From positions 27,652,001 through 27,716,000 of the forward strand of contig NC_043012.1 in assembly GCF_006345805.1 (NCBI RefSeq): 64,000 nt of DNA, read 5' to 3'. Position numbers and translations under genes: made by a program. Positions 49,501 through 61,794 of the stretch are shown here, one piece after another. This DNA comes from Octopus sinensis (taxonomy: Eukaryota). Position 1 is the stretch's first letter; each line of letters opens with the position of its first letter. The notes under the pieces were generated by a model. It was not told where the DNA came from. It ran no database searches and saw nothing but the letters and a program-made list of their open reading frames with translations.

Positions 49501-52500
49501 GAAGGCTTTCTCCATGTCAACAAAAGCCAGGTACAGGGGCTTATCTTTGGCTAGGTATTTCTCCTGCAGCTGCCTTACCAGGAATATAGCATCAGTAGTA
49601 CTTTTCCCTGGCACAAACCCAAACTGCATCTCATCTAAACTAACTCTCTCTCTAATTAGTTGGGCTATGACCCTCTCCGTAACCTTCATCACCTGATCCA
49701 ACAGCTTGATACCTCTGTAATTATTTGTATCTAGGGCGTCACCTTTACCTTTGTAGCAGTTGACTATTATGCTGCTACACCAGTCATTGGGTATGACTCC
49801 TTTGTGTATCACCTGATTAACTATATGGGTGACTAGGCTATAGCCGACACTACCAGACATTTTGAGCATCTCTGCAGTGATTCCTGATGGGCCTGGGGCT
49901 TTCCTGTCTTCATGCTTCTAATTGCCTTAGCTACCACGGAACTATCAACTCGGATAGCTGGTCCCTCTGTTGGGTCAACATTCGGCAGATTCTCTTTATC
50001 CCATTCATTTTCTTTATTCAGCAAACTTTCATAGTGGCATCTCCAAGCCTCTCTCTTTGCATCCTCATTTAGCGCAAGTGAACCATCTTCCATGCGAACA
50101 CACTTCTCTCCTACCACATCACGATTCTCTCTCACACACTGTCTTGCAACGCGAAACACCTCCAGTGTTTGGTCCTCACAGCGCAGAACATTGGCAAATT
50201 TTTTCTTATCTGCTTCCCCTCTGGCTAAATAAACCTGTCTCTTAGCTTCTCTTTTGGCAGTCTGATACAATTCCCTGCTACCCCCATTTTTCCAGACCTT
50301 CCAAGCCTGTCCTTTTCTCTAATAGCCCTGTCTACAATATTGTTCCACCACCACGTTATTAGGTCGAGAGGGGACTTTGCACCAGCCACAGATCTGGTCA
50401 GTGGCTCTCAGCAGGTTGTCCCTTAGAAACGTCCAGCTGTCTTCTACCCCCTGTGATGCTCTATCCCCTTCTACTTCGTCAGAGGCTTCAAGTAATATGT
50501 CTCTAAATCTCTGTCCATTTGCAGGATCTTTAAGCTTCCAGATCCTTCTTCTCCATATTGGTCGTCTTCTGGTTGTCCTCCTAGTCCTGATCCTAAAGTC
50601 ACTAACTACCAGTCTATGTTGTGGGGTACATTCTTCACCTGGGAAGGTTTTGGCATTTATAAGCAGCCATCTCTCCCTTTGCCTTGCAAGGATGTAGTCA
50701 ATTTGGCTGGTATGTTGGCCCGATCGGTAAGTGACTAGATGGCTGGTAGGTTTCCTGAAGTTAGTGTTGCAAATCATAAGATTATTTGCATCGCAGAACT
50801 CCAGCAGCCTGGTTCCCTCCTCGTTTCGGGAGCCATAGCCATAGCCTCCATGTACGCCATGGAAGCCCCCAGCATGTCGTCCAACGTGACCATTGAAGTC
50901 ACCAGCCACAAAGATAAGGTCTCTGTCGTTCGTCAACGAGGTAGTCTGCAGTAGAGTGTCATAGAATCGGTCTTTCTGTCCATTGGGTAGCCCCGACTGA
51001 GGAGCATAGGCTGATATAATGGTTGCTAAACTATGATGAAGCACTAATCTAATCTTAAGTATTCTGTCACATACTCTGATTACCTCAATTACTTTATCTA
51101 CCCATTTCTCAGCGATAAGTATAACCACGCCACCAACCCCGTCAGTGTTCCCTGCCCAGAAAATCTTGTACCTGCGTTCCTTGCCTGTGAGGAACCTAGC
51201 TGATCCTCCTCTCCACCTTATTTCTTGCATGCAACATATATCCACACATCTCCATTCAAGCATCTCGACTATCTCACCAGACCTACCTTTCAGAGTGCCA
51301 ACGTTGAGGGTGCCAACCCTGAGGGTGTGGGAGGCATGGGCTCTAGAGACCCTGGGACGGTGGACAGTAGCTTCGTATACCTGAAAAGAAAGCTCGCATT
51401 TGGCAGAATTCATGTGCAAGAAATGAAGTAGTAAAGTAGCCTTCAGTACAACCTGCATAACGCTAGCCTTTCATATTTTGCACTGTATGAACATTACCTT
51501 ACATAGGTCGAGACTAGGGGTAGGGAGGGGTAGGGATGGTGAGAGCATTTGCAGTCTTCATGGGAAGCAACCCCGGAATGGCAAAGAATAGGAACTTCCG
51601 GCATGTGTGGTGGGGGTGGGAGGGCGGGTGCACCGTAGGTTAGTAAGGTTCTGTAAAATCGGAGCTAGCAAATGGGTTTGAAAAATCAGAGTGGCAAGAC
51701 TAAACGAAAAAAAAATTTGAGCTAGACAGGGTAATGAGGGAATACTGAAAGAATGAGGAACAATACAATGAGATGGAAATTGAAGAATAGTGAAAGAATA
51801 AAAATAAGTGCAAGATAGAAGGTAGTCGTAGCTAGGTTGAACAATTCACTTAGCTTTAGCCAATCATGATCTGTGCGTATTTCGTCTTTAGATATTTTGA
51901 AGCGAGTGGGGTTAACGATAATGCGATCGCTCTTTTATATATGGCGATGATGGTTATGGAAGGGGGGGGGCATAGAGAGACCTAGGGAGAGAGATATGGC
52001 GATGATGGTTATGGGAAGAGGGGGACATAGAGAAACAGGGAGAGAGATAGGGTTAGTTAGAGAGAGAGGTCAAGGAACACGTAGTGATAAAGCGGTGTGA
52101 GGAAATTTGACTAGGGACGGCATTGTCGATAATAAACATTTGATAAATAGGTTTGAAAATCAACATTATCGATAAATAGGTTTGAAAATCAGAAAAATCA
52201 GAGGGAATAATAATCATTATTGATAACTACTATAACATCGTGGCTTAGTAAGGTTAGTAAGGTTCTGTAAAATCGGAGCTAGCAAATGGGTTTGAAAAAT
52301 CAGAGTGGCAAGACTAAACGAAAAAAAAAAGTTTGAGCTAGACAGGGTAATGAGGGAATACTGAAAGAATGAGGAACAATACAATGAGATGGAAATTGAA
52401 GAATAGTGATGTTTAAACAAAATTTTAATATTTTTACCTTTTGCTCAATTTACCTGGATTTTCTTGTAATTAGAGTCACTTTGAGACAAAAGTTATGCAA

Positions 52501-52677
52501 TAGAATTGATTAAGAACCCTTTCTTTAATTATGTTCCAAATATCACATTAATATGCTGATAAGTAAAAAAGTTACAGTTGTTTAATGAAGCTAGTCTCTA
52601 AATTCATGATTATTTCAGAATTTAATTGAAACTCACGAGGAGTGTATTTGTCAGAAATATAGTAATGAAAGGGTTAA
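46591..52677 (+). mobile_element. Non-autonomous piggyBac (about 1.29 kb net) interrupted by a full-length RTE at 47610-52405
   Basis: TTAA-ccctttcgttacta ... tagtaatgaaaggg-TTAA; QYMPGKATKWGIKVWKICEANTGYC transposase remnant; the uninterrupted site ctatggtgatgtttaaac is present in the copy at 63961. Confidence 0.9.
47610..52405 (-). mobile_element. Near-intact full-length RTE-clade LINE (APE endonuclease plus RT)
   Basis: ORF 50319-51458 APE (GTLNVGTL, CMQE, SAYAPQ, GDFNGHVG, SQIDYIL); 49833-50270 linker; 48295-49869 RT with YADD; two frameshifts; (GAT)n tail at 47610. Confidence 0.93.
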
Positions 52678-52964
52678 TAAGTAAAGATGATGAAAAATAT
52701 TCAAGCCATCTTCATGCAGCTTTTGCTTTCTCAAGTCACTGAAACAGAATTCAAAATGATTTAACTGATGCAGTTGAAAAGGTTATGGTTGATGAAACAG
52801 AATATGAACTGAAGTAGGCTAAATTTGTAGCTATTTTTGAAGTGAAATGTCTGATGTATTGAGATATTCAAAACTATCAGCTGCTTGTTTTATGTTATTA
52901 AAGATAACTTTATCGGTTTTAATGATGTCAATGCAGGTCGTTCAGCTAAATCTTTATCTGAACC

Positions 52965-54417
52965 TATTTCCCTCCATCAAGGAAGTAGGTTATGTTTTTA
53001 TTAGCGTTGGTTTGTCCGTCTGTGTGCAAAATAACTCAAAAAGTTGTGAACGGTATTTGATGAAAGTTCCAGGAAAAGTTGTTAATGACACAAGAAACAA
53101 ATGATGAAATTTTGGTAGTGATCCAGGAATTTTTATGGATTCTTGTAGGATTTTTCATTTGTTATATTTACTTTACATGAAGTATTACAATGTCACGTTC
53201 CTTGATTATCTTCCCTGAAACCACGTTCATCGTTTGCATGTAACCTATGGTGGCGTTGCTATTTCCAAAGTTTATTTTCGTTTCTCTATTAGTAATTTTA
53301 CTTGCGTATCTATCTTAAAATTAGCTGCTTGGTGGAGGTCTGCAGTGGATGACATGACAAGCCTTGACTATTGGGATTGACTCAAAAAGGTCAGGCTTTG
53401 CTCCCTCTACCACCGCTGTGAGCTCTATATCATCTGTATGATGTGGAAAATATTCCATCAACATTGCCCATCTTTAAAATTCATCCAAGGCTTGGCCCCC
53501 TGCCGTCCATCCACTACAGAAGTGGTCGTGTCATATCACAACACTATGACAGAACTATTTCACCTCAATTGGCCCTGCTCTCATCAACATCGTGCCAGAC
53601 ACACATAAAGGAGGTAATATCAGATAAACCACCCATGCCCAGATATGTCTTTGAAAACAATAACCCTCTGCTTGAATGGGCTACGGTTTTCCGGTGCTGA
53701 CTGTGTATCTAATCCAGGTGGTGCTATTAAATGGGATATGGCTGGAACTATTAAATGGGATATTGGCCGAAACTTCTCTAAGTAATCTAATCAAAGCATG
53801 ACGTGGGCAGAGGCTGATAATCTTAACATCTCTGATGGTCTTCAGTATAAAAAAATTATTAAAGATCTATATAGAATTACATTCGGAGTATGTCTATAAG
53901 CTATTGTGTTTAGACACAATTTGTTTTAATTAAGCGCTTCAAAATTAGAAAAATCAGGAATCTGCAACAATGTCGGTCCCATGAGTATCGGATAATGGAT
54001 TTTCAATTGTGTAAAGAAACTGATTGTGGTGATTGTGGTGAAAGCAGAGACAGTGTTGATGATGACGATGGTTGAGATAAGAATGGGAGGAGGATAAAAT
54101 AGTGTCAGTGGATATAATGGCGATGGGAGCGGTGTGATGTGCGATGCTGAATGATAGTGATAAGAGTGGTGTTGATGATAGTGTTAGTTGTGTGATGGTG
54201 GTATTGTAGTGGTTATACTGGTTGTGGTGGTGAAAGTGACTGTCAAGGTAACTGTCATCATAACGTTGATGGTTGAAGTTGAAGCAATGACAATTCTGCT
54301 GATGATGTTGGTGGGTGTGGTTGTGATATGGTTTGTAGTGGTGGTAGTGGTCGTCGTCATGGTAGTGTTGCTCCTGTTGGTTTGGCAGAGGTCTGCGCTC
54401 TCCAGATGCTTTTCTAG
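52965..54417 (+). mobile_element. Helitron/Helentron-like non-autonomous element ends with a nested decayed LINE piece (53345-53800) and a GTG-rich low-complexity tract
   Basis: ccctccatcaaggaagtaggttatg...gtttgtccgtctgt...aaataactcaaaaag 5' part; ttggcagaggtctgcgctctcc...ttttctag 3' part. Confidence 0.4.
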
Positions 54418-54691
54418 TTTTAAATGCATTGAAATGTGGAAGTGTGGAAACAAATTAATTGCACAAACCTATGGTGTGGCCACTACAATGGCAGGACAGT
54501 TAAGTGGATTGCAGTCAAATGTAAGGGAGAAATAGGAATGTGAGATTTTTGTTCATTATCGTACAATGAACAAATTGTACAAATTTAGTTCTTTTGCAAG
54601 AATGCTTTTCTATAAATGAATGGAAGATATTTTGTCTATCACAAATGTACTGGGTACATTTATTACAAATAAAACTGTTTTACGTTTGCAG

Positions 54692-54808
54692 GTAACAGAA
54701 CTACGAAACATTGATGATGAAACAGCTAGAATTATCCTGGTTCATATTCAAAAAGGATTGGATCCACCATCAAATTTAAGCAGAGATTTTGAAGAACTTC
54801 TAAAACTC
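54692..54808 (+). CDS. NUP205: NUP205 exon (VTELRNIDDETARIILVHIQKGLDPPSNLSRDFEELLKL), phase 0-0
   Basis: 117 nt, tttgcag|GTA...CTC|gtgagt; matches VKQLRNRADEDARMIHMSMQMGNEPPISLRRDLEHLMLL. Confidence 0.92.
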
Positions 54809-54999
54809 GTGAGTTCATTGTTTAGATTTACTATCACTATTATTTTATGAGTGTATGCGCATGTGTGTTTTTTCTTACTTGTGTGATTTTAGTGGGACTG
54901 CTGGAAGTCCATCCGTGCCAGCATCTGACTTTGTGTCCACTTCATCTATGGCTGTTATTACATCTTCTCCAATGTTTATGTACTTAATTTTTTTTTTAC

Positions 55000-55700
55000 T
55001 TTGGTTTTAGGTAATGTTGCAAAGAATTCTGCTTGTTTGTTCACTTACCTGTGTCCCAGCAGCGTAGTGAACACACTTTGGAACTATTTGTTCAGTATTT
55101 CATTTACTCTCAGGGAGTTTCCTGCAAGGGAGCCATCTTTTTGGAAGAGGGGTCCTATCTTGTGTATTAAGGCTGTTTCTTTAGCAAACTTAAAGCTTTA
55201 GGATTCAACTTGATATTTCCTATAATCCAAGCTTCATTATTTGCTCTCTCTCCTTTTCATGAGACTGATGCAGATGTTTCTCAGTCTCCGATAGCGGTCT
55301 CTCCACGTGAGACACCTCACTGCTTTTGGGATACTTGCTCAGGTGGTTCATAATCTGTATCTGTCGTCTCATGTGAATCTTCCTTTCTCTAGGGATCCTG
55401 TTTTGTGTATGTTGGCCTTGCACAATGGGACAGAGAGATATTTAAACCAATTCAGTTTGAAGATCTCTTTCTTAATCAGCTTCCAATTTGCTTTATGAAA
55501 GATTAGTCTGGAGAGATTTTGGGTACTTCGTATAGGCTGTGTGTCTGCAGGAGCTTTTGGTTCATACATAGAGAGATCTATTATATTATGATCCAAGATC
55601 AGCGTCGGTGTCACTTTCACATTATGTTTAGCAGAGATCCAGTATATTATTTGTCCTGGTTGGTTGCAGCACGATTTGCTCCATAAATGTGTGTGTGCAC
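55000..55700 (-). mobile_element. CR1-type LINE internal fragment (EN-RT linker)
   Basis: FHKANWKLIK...; HEKERE; KIGPL..DGS..FQSVFT-like remnants in minus frames. Confidence 0.5.
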
Positions 55701-55790
55701 ACACGCGCACACACATATGTATCTATATTTACATCTTATATATGTATCTATGTATATTTATATTGATATATATATATAAATACATATATA

Positions 55791-56266
55791 TTAGAAATAT
55801 TGAATTTCTAAATGTCTCAGAGAGACATGAGCAGTGGTGGAGCGGTATAGTGGTCGTGTACTGTCAACTCAATGTGACAGTCCCATAAGGGAATTACACC
55901 ACCACCATTTAGCCCTAGGAAACATCGACGTCTCCTTTCGGCTTTGACACATTTTCTGTGTCCTTATATTTGCAAAGGGGAGGCAATCACCCCCGCCAGC
56001 TGGGACAGGCACCTGAAGATATATGTTTCTGAGTCTATTGCTTGTCGTCAGTTCAGGGTAGCCAGTCTCGGTCGCTGAGATGACCGTAACCTCTTCGCAA
56101 ATATATCCTATTTTCAGTAAAATATATTTACTGATCACCGAAATTAGAAATATTGAATTTCTAAATGTCTCAGAGAGACATGAGTGGTGGTGGAGTGGTA
56201 TAGTGGTTGTATACTGTCAACTCAATGTGACAGGGAATTACACCACCGCCATTTAGCCCTAGGAAA
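55791..56266 (-). mobile_element. Penelope-type pseudo-LTR remnant: about 130-bp direct repeats enclosing a decayed hammerhead
   Basis: Repeats 55791-55923 and 56143-56266; minus CCUGAA-CUGACGA...GAAAC-AUAUA-UC-UUCAGG at 56012-56057. Confidence 0.55.
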
Positions 56267-56270
56267 TATG

Positions 56271-56709
56271 AGACTGGCTCAGATTCGCTGCTTTTGGTTT
56301 TGGATACAGAAATATCCGATTCATTTTCATTCACCATGTGCTTGTGTACCTCATTCATTCTTTTTCTCGATATCTCCATATCTTCCGTTGAAAAGCCTTC
56401 AAATTCGGAATCATTGCTTGATATCATGAAACTCCTCTCCATTTTCAAGTTGAAAAAAATTAATGCTGAAAAAACGTGGAAAAAAATCTTCCAAAATTCA
56501 CCAATTTCAAATATCATGCCAAAGTGGGATACAATAAATCAACTGTTTACAAAGTGAAATCATGTGTTTTAACGAATGTACCAACGAGATTTGGGTTCAA
56601 ATTTACATTTAAATAATAATGGGTACTCTCGGCTGGTTACAGCTGGGTTGGTCTTATGAATCAAAAAATTTTTCAGCCTGCTGTGGCCGGGAAAGTAATT
56701 AAAGGGTTG
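56271..56709 (-). mobile_element. piggyBac 5'-end fragment of the same family as 46591
   Basis: Reverse complement of 46591-47030; ends gtaattaaaggg. Confidence 0.8.
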
Positions 56710-56759
56710 ATGGTTGTACTGGATAAATTTTGAAAATAAAATACTAAGAAATAAGCATA

Positions 56760-57060
56760 CTCAATTTGATTTATACCAAATGATTTAGGAAAATGAATGG
56801 ATTATTTCCCCCTCGCTGTTAAAATGTGAGCGAATGGGTTATTTCCCTTTGGTGTTAAAATGAAATATATTAGGTTAATATAAGGATCCCTTCCAGAGGC
56901 CCTATTATTGTTTTCAACAACTTGAGTATGCCATGAGGTTTCCAGACACGAGTTCTACTCCTGTGTCAAGTTTCATCAAAATCGATAAAACGATGTATGA
57001 GTAGTTAGCTAAGAACTTAAATACAACCACAGACAGAATTTCTCACATATGTAGTATATA
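56760..57060 (-). mobile_element. Helitron-like 5' fragment (second copy at 59470-59826)
   Basis: Both copies share gtttccagaca.gagttct...caagtttcatcaaaatc; reverse of the aaccgattctgatgaaacttgacac motif in the 43250 Helitron. Confidence 0.55.
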
Positions 57061-57099
57061 TGTGTGTGTGTGTGTGTATACCTTTTATTTAAATTACTT

Positions 57100-57830
57100 C
57101 AAAAATGCTTCAGCTTCAAAGCTGCAGTCATTTTGGGGCACCATTATTTGTAACCTCTGATATGTGACATTTGGTTAATGAGGGAGTTTGATGCTGCTGC
57201 CCTCATCTGTCTGTCTTGCCATGAGGTAGGCTTGTTTGGAACCCCTGACAGGAAGAGATCCACTTTTGTTTTAAAGGCACTTACATTCACACCATGCAGG
57301 TCTTTCAGGCATTTTGAAGGATATTAACGAGCTGTATGCCTTTGAAGCCCAAGCTGTTGCAGTATCTGGTGCTGTATTTTGATGGCGATGCTGAGATCTT
57401 TGGCACCATATAGTGGCGCCCCGTTCTGCAGTGTGAGTAATTTTCAATGCCACCTTTGTTCTAGGGAGAAGAGTTCTAATTCTTTCAGTCATTCCCAGTA
57501 GCTGATACATTGCATTGAGGCAATATTTTTAGTGTTGCTTTGTTGCATGGCTTTCACTTACGCCATGAAATTTATATTGTGTAATGACCATAGTTGGGAT
57601 CAGTAGTCCAAGCAGCTGCTGACATATGTCATCCAAAGGACCATCACTGTCACTTTTTCTTCTGTTTTGAAAGTTTGGAAGATCTATCCAGCTAGCCGTC
57701 TGCATTTTATTACCAAATTGGTAATATGTACTTGGAAAGATGCAGCGTTGCTCATGTCAATGCCCAGGTCACGCACTGGTTTTGATTCAGTTCCTCCTGG
57801 GCCAGTGTATCCTGTCTGCCTGTCATTTAA
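57100..57830 (-). mobile_element. Diverged CR1-type LINE 3' end (same family as 8970-9700)
   Basis: gagggagtttgatgctgctgccctcatctg is the reverse of 9560-9590; tail remnant near 57110-57145. Confidence 0.75.
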
Positions 57831-57880
57831 CTTTGTGTGCTGGTAGCGTAGGGCTCGGAAATTTCCTGCACTAACCCTTT

Positions 57881-58710
57881 AGTGTTCAAACCGGCCGTAA
57901 CCGGCCAAAGTAATTCCCCTCTATTTGTTCAAGCTGGCTGTATCTGATTTCTCTACGAAATCGCTAAAACAATAAACAAATCACATTATTGAATTCTCGT
58001 AGCTTTGAGATAATGCGAGATGAAGCCTTTCCTGTCTCTATTCAAGTATAACTACTGTGAAATTGTTTAGACCACATGGTTTTTTCAACATTTCAAGAGA
58101 AGTGTTTACCTTGGTAGGGAAAGAAATCGTGTCAGTAAGCAGTGATTCCAACTTGGAAGGATTTACAATTGATGATATAGAAGATATAAACGAAAAGAAA
58201 AGTATTTTGTCTTTGGATGAATCTGATATCGATATCAGTGATTATTTGTCAGTCGATGAAGATTTTGATAACGAAAGTGATGAAAATGATATTGTAAACA
58301 AGGCAACATGGTCAAAAATTACAACACCAAACACTATGTCTGATTTTACAGAAAACACTGGTCCACAACACAATTTACCTCCTGATGCTCAACCATTAGA
58401 CTATCTGTTTTTATTTTTACCTGAAAGTTCTTTGAAGATGTTGTGGAGGAAACAAACAAATATGCGCAACGTTTAATTTCTATTCGTGGAAGAAGCGAAA
58501 CACTATGGCAGCCAACTAATACTGCGGAAATGAGAGCGTTTTTTACAATTAATATTATGTTGTTAAACAGATTCCCCGACTGTGGAACTATTGGAGTCCT
58601 GATGTAAGGTATGGCAATCCATATATTTCAAGAATAATGTGGAAGACGAAGTATTCAAAAATATTTCAGTATTTGCATTTAACTGATTCTGCTAATGCCC
58701 CCAACAAAAG
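57881..58710 (+). mobile_element. Second piggyBac family, 5' part with transposase N-terminus
   Basis: Begins taaccctttag; ORF 58057-58476 acidic N-terminus, WSK...FTENTGP..NLPPDAQPLDYLFLF; later KYSKIFQYLHL. Confidence 0.75.
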
Positions 58711-59856
58711 AGAAGGAAAGAAGAAGGCGAGAAAGAAGAAAAATTTGTTGATATTTTTGCAGCTGGTCAGTCTTGCAATAGTAAGTGATACTTGGCTTTA
58801 GCAATGGCAAACCCAGCTGGTCACTCCAAGGGGGGCAAAATGTCACTTTTCAAAAAATTGTCTGGATTTCCTTTCTATCATTATCTTGTGAGAGAGTGTG
58901 TGTGTGCGCATGTGTGTGTATCTGAAGGGGTGTCAAATGGGAAAGGGGAATGAAAGGAAGGAGGAAGTACCCCTTCCTATATCTATAAATAGAAAAAATT
59001 CTTTGTCTCCATCCAACCAAAAATAAAAACCTCCTCCCCACTGACAGATCTAAATAACAAAGTGAACTCAATGATAAAATCTACAGTCAGAGAGTGAATA
59101 TACTACTATCATGTTCTTAAGAATGAAATCAACCTCTCTGTCTATATATCTACCCTCTTTATAATGTTGGCAAATGAAATAGGGATGAGAATGTGCATTG
59201 TCCATTTGATTGGAAAATTCTATAAGTGGCTGAAGAGTGCTCGACATTTTAAAACTGATGTAATACATACAGTGTTTAATAAAATGAAGTAGCATGAAAC
59301 GATTGTACTACTCTACCTTGGATATACTTGTTGCTTATTTTGATTATAATTATCCCATTTGATTTATATGGATAATACTATAGAAAATTCTGGTGCTTTT
59401 GACTTAAGTACCATATTCATCTGAATCTAAATTTTGCTGAACTTATATATATATATATATATATAAAAGTGATATTGTTTGCAAAAATTAGAAATAGGAC
59501 ACACAAAAATCAATATTCAACGTAATCGAACATAACCAATGAAATGGGTTATTTCTCTTGAGTGTTTAAAAAAGATATTGTACAGGGGCTATGGGTTATT
59601 TCCCTTGGGTGTTTAAAAAATTAGTTATATGAGGTAGATATAATGGTCCCTTCCAGGGGCCATATTATCGATTGTTTTAACAATCTAAGTATGTCATGAG
59701 GTTTCCAGACATGAGTTCTTCTCACGTATCAAGTTTCATCAAAATCAATAAAACGACGTAGGAGGAGTTAGCTAACAATGCCACAAACAAACACACACGG
59801 ATTTTCCACATATGTAGTAGATAGATGCCTTATATATACATACACATATACATATA

Positions 59857-59898
<42 letters not shown>

Positions 59899-59899
59899 G

Positions 59900-60720
59900 T
59901 AGAAATAAGATAATTTATTTTAAAATGCAGATGCACTAGAAATATTGGGTGAATTACCTTTACAAAGCAGAAACTGTTTTGTCCACATGGGACTCGAACC
60001 CACATCCCTTGAATACCCCAGCCAAATGTTTTACAATTAACCATTTTGCATTTAAACTGGTCATAGTCTACCTGCATTGTTTCCAGATTGGCCAAATCCA
60101 ACCTCTCACACTTAGCCTACAATATTATTCTAATAAACAATTACATCATGGAAATGTGAAAGCTAATACATGATTAATTCAAAACTATGTGAATAAATAA
60201 GCATTACATTTGACAGAGTAATCTGAATGCTAAAGGGTGAAACTAAACTGCCAGCTGACAAATCAATCTGCTTTTTTAGACGCTACAAAGCTAACTCTAC
60301 AACTATATTGCATATAAATATCAACAAATCAACGAAATGTGTATTGTAAGATATAAATAAGATGGTAATTTATTTACGAATGTAGGAGTGCCATTAGAAC
60401 AGCAGAATTATTGGGTAAATTACCCTTAGAAAGCAGAAAAATTTGGGACTCAAACTCACATCCTTAGAAGACTCTGGCCAAGTGCTTTACCATTAAGCTA
60501 AACTACCAGCTGACAAATTAATCTACCTGTTTAGACACTATAAAGATAAATCTACAACTATGTGTATATAAGTATAAGCAAATTAATTTGTTTTTTCTTT
60601 ATAAGATCAGATATATGTATTGTAAGATACAAGTAAGATGATAATTTATTTTTGAATGCAGAGATGCCATTAGAACAGCAGAAATATTGGGTGATTGACT
60701 CTTACAAGTGCTTGAAATTG
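59900..60720 (-). repeat. Diverged tandem units carrying a tRNA-like head
   Basis: Units start near 59905, 60357 and 60633; minus TAGCTTAATGGTAAAGC (A box) and GGGTTCGAGTCCC (B box, 59989-60001). Confidence 0.55.
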
Positions 60721-61105
60721 TACAGTGTGAAAGTAAATGTGTGTTTGTGTGTAATGATATAAAAAGGCAACTGAAAAATATGACTGCTGGAGGATGGTGA
60801 GAGCAAGTACAGATATAATTTTGATAAAACTGCATTTTTCTGAAAGCTTATGCTTGCTTGAAGTTTTATTTCTGTTCATGTGTGATCAATTTGATCCATT
60901 GCCTAGTTACTATCACTTCCTGGCTTCAACCAGATTTCACTTTGTTGCAAACATTGAGACCAACTCCCTGGTCCGAGAATACGTAACGAGTTATAGTTTC
61001 TTCCCCCTTCTCTGGTTTGTGCATTTATACTTATGTGTCTATATGTGTTTATGTATAATAATGTTACCATGATGCATAAAATTATTTGTGTACTTTTCTT
61101 TATAG

Positions 61106-61237
61106 CTTGCATATCTATATGGAGATGATAGACTTGGTTTGGAATATGCATTAGAATATTGGTACCCTGCTGAATCTATTCAAACTGAAAGTCATTTTGG
61201 ACCTGGGACCTTACGTCATCGTCCTACTCAGCGTCAG
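61106..61237 (+). CDS. NUP205: NUP205 exon (LAYLYGDDRLGLEYALEYWYPAESIQ...HRPTQRQ), phase 0-0
   Basis: 132 nt, ttctttatag|CTT...CAG|gtaata; matches IGELYKKNPFHLELALEYWCPTEPLQ...HQRPPQRQ. Confidence 0.92.
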
Positions 61238-61794
61238 GTAATATTTTCTATATCTTCTTGTAGTATAACTTATAAAAACCTGATTTTAAGCATCATATTT
61301 AACATGTTTAACAATACTACTAAAGCATCATTTAGTGATTGGGTACATGGTGAAAAAGGCAAAGTTTACATAATATCAGATAGTTTAGTAACCCGATTTA
61401 GTATATCCTTACGCACATTACCTAGACTAACAAGATTTGTTGATAATTATAATAAGGTACACCATTAATCCTTTTACTGGTATTAACAAGTTAAATTCCT
61501 CAAAATGTAATTGGAGTCTGTGGATATACTGTATAGTCTCAATAAAATTTCCACAGGAGTTATAAGTATCGGAAACTAATTTAAGGGTAATGTTTAACAA
61601 ATGAACTCTACAAACATTAGTACTTAAAGTGTTTTTAAGGTCACAGCTTTTGGAAGAAGGTTTAACCAAGTCTTTCTTGAGGTTGTTGAGTTGGTAGCCA
61701 TTTCTATTACTGGATAAAATTAATTTGATATCTCTGTATCAACCTGATTCAATAGAATGGCGTTTAATTATATTATCTCCGGCAAGACTAGTCA

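Noticed and set aside
54184-54535. Thr-rich (mucin-like) or Val-rich ORFs
   Set aside because: GTG/GAT low-complexity tract; no splice or homology support
59989-60505. Functional tRNA genes
   Set aside because: A and B boxes are present but I could not form acceptor and anticodon stems; treated as tRNA-derived repeats
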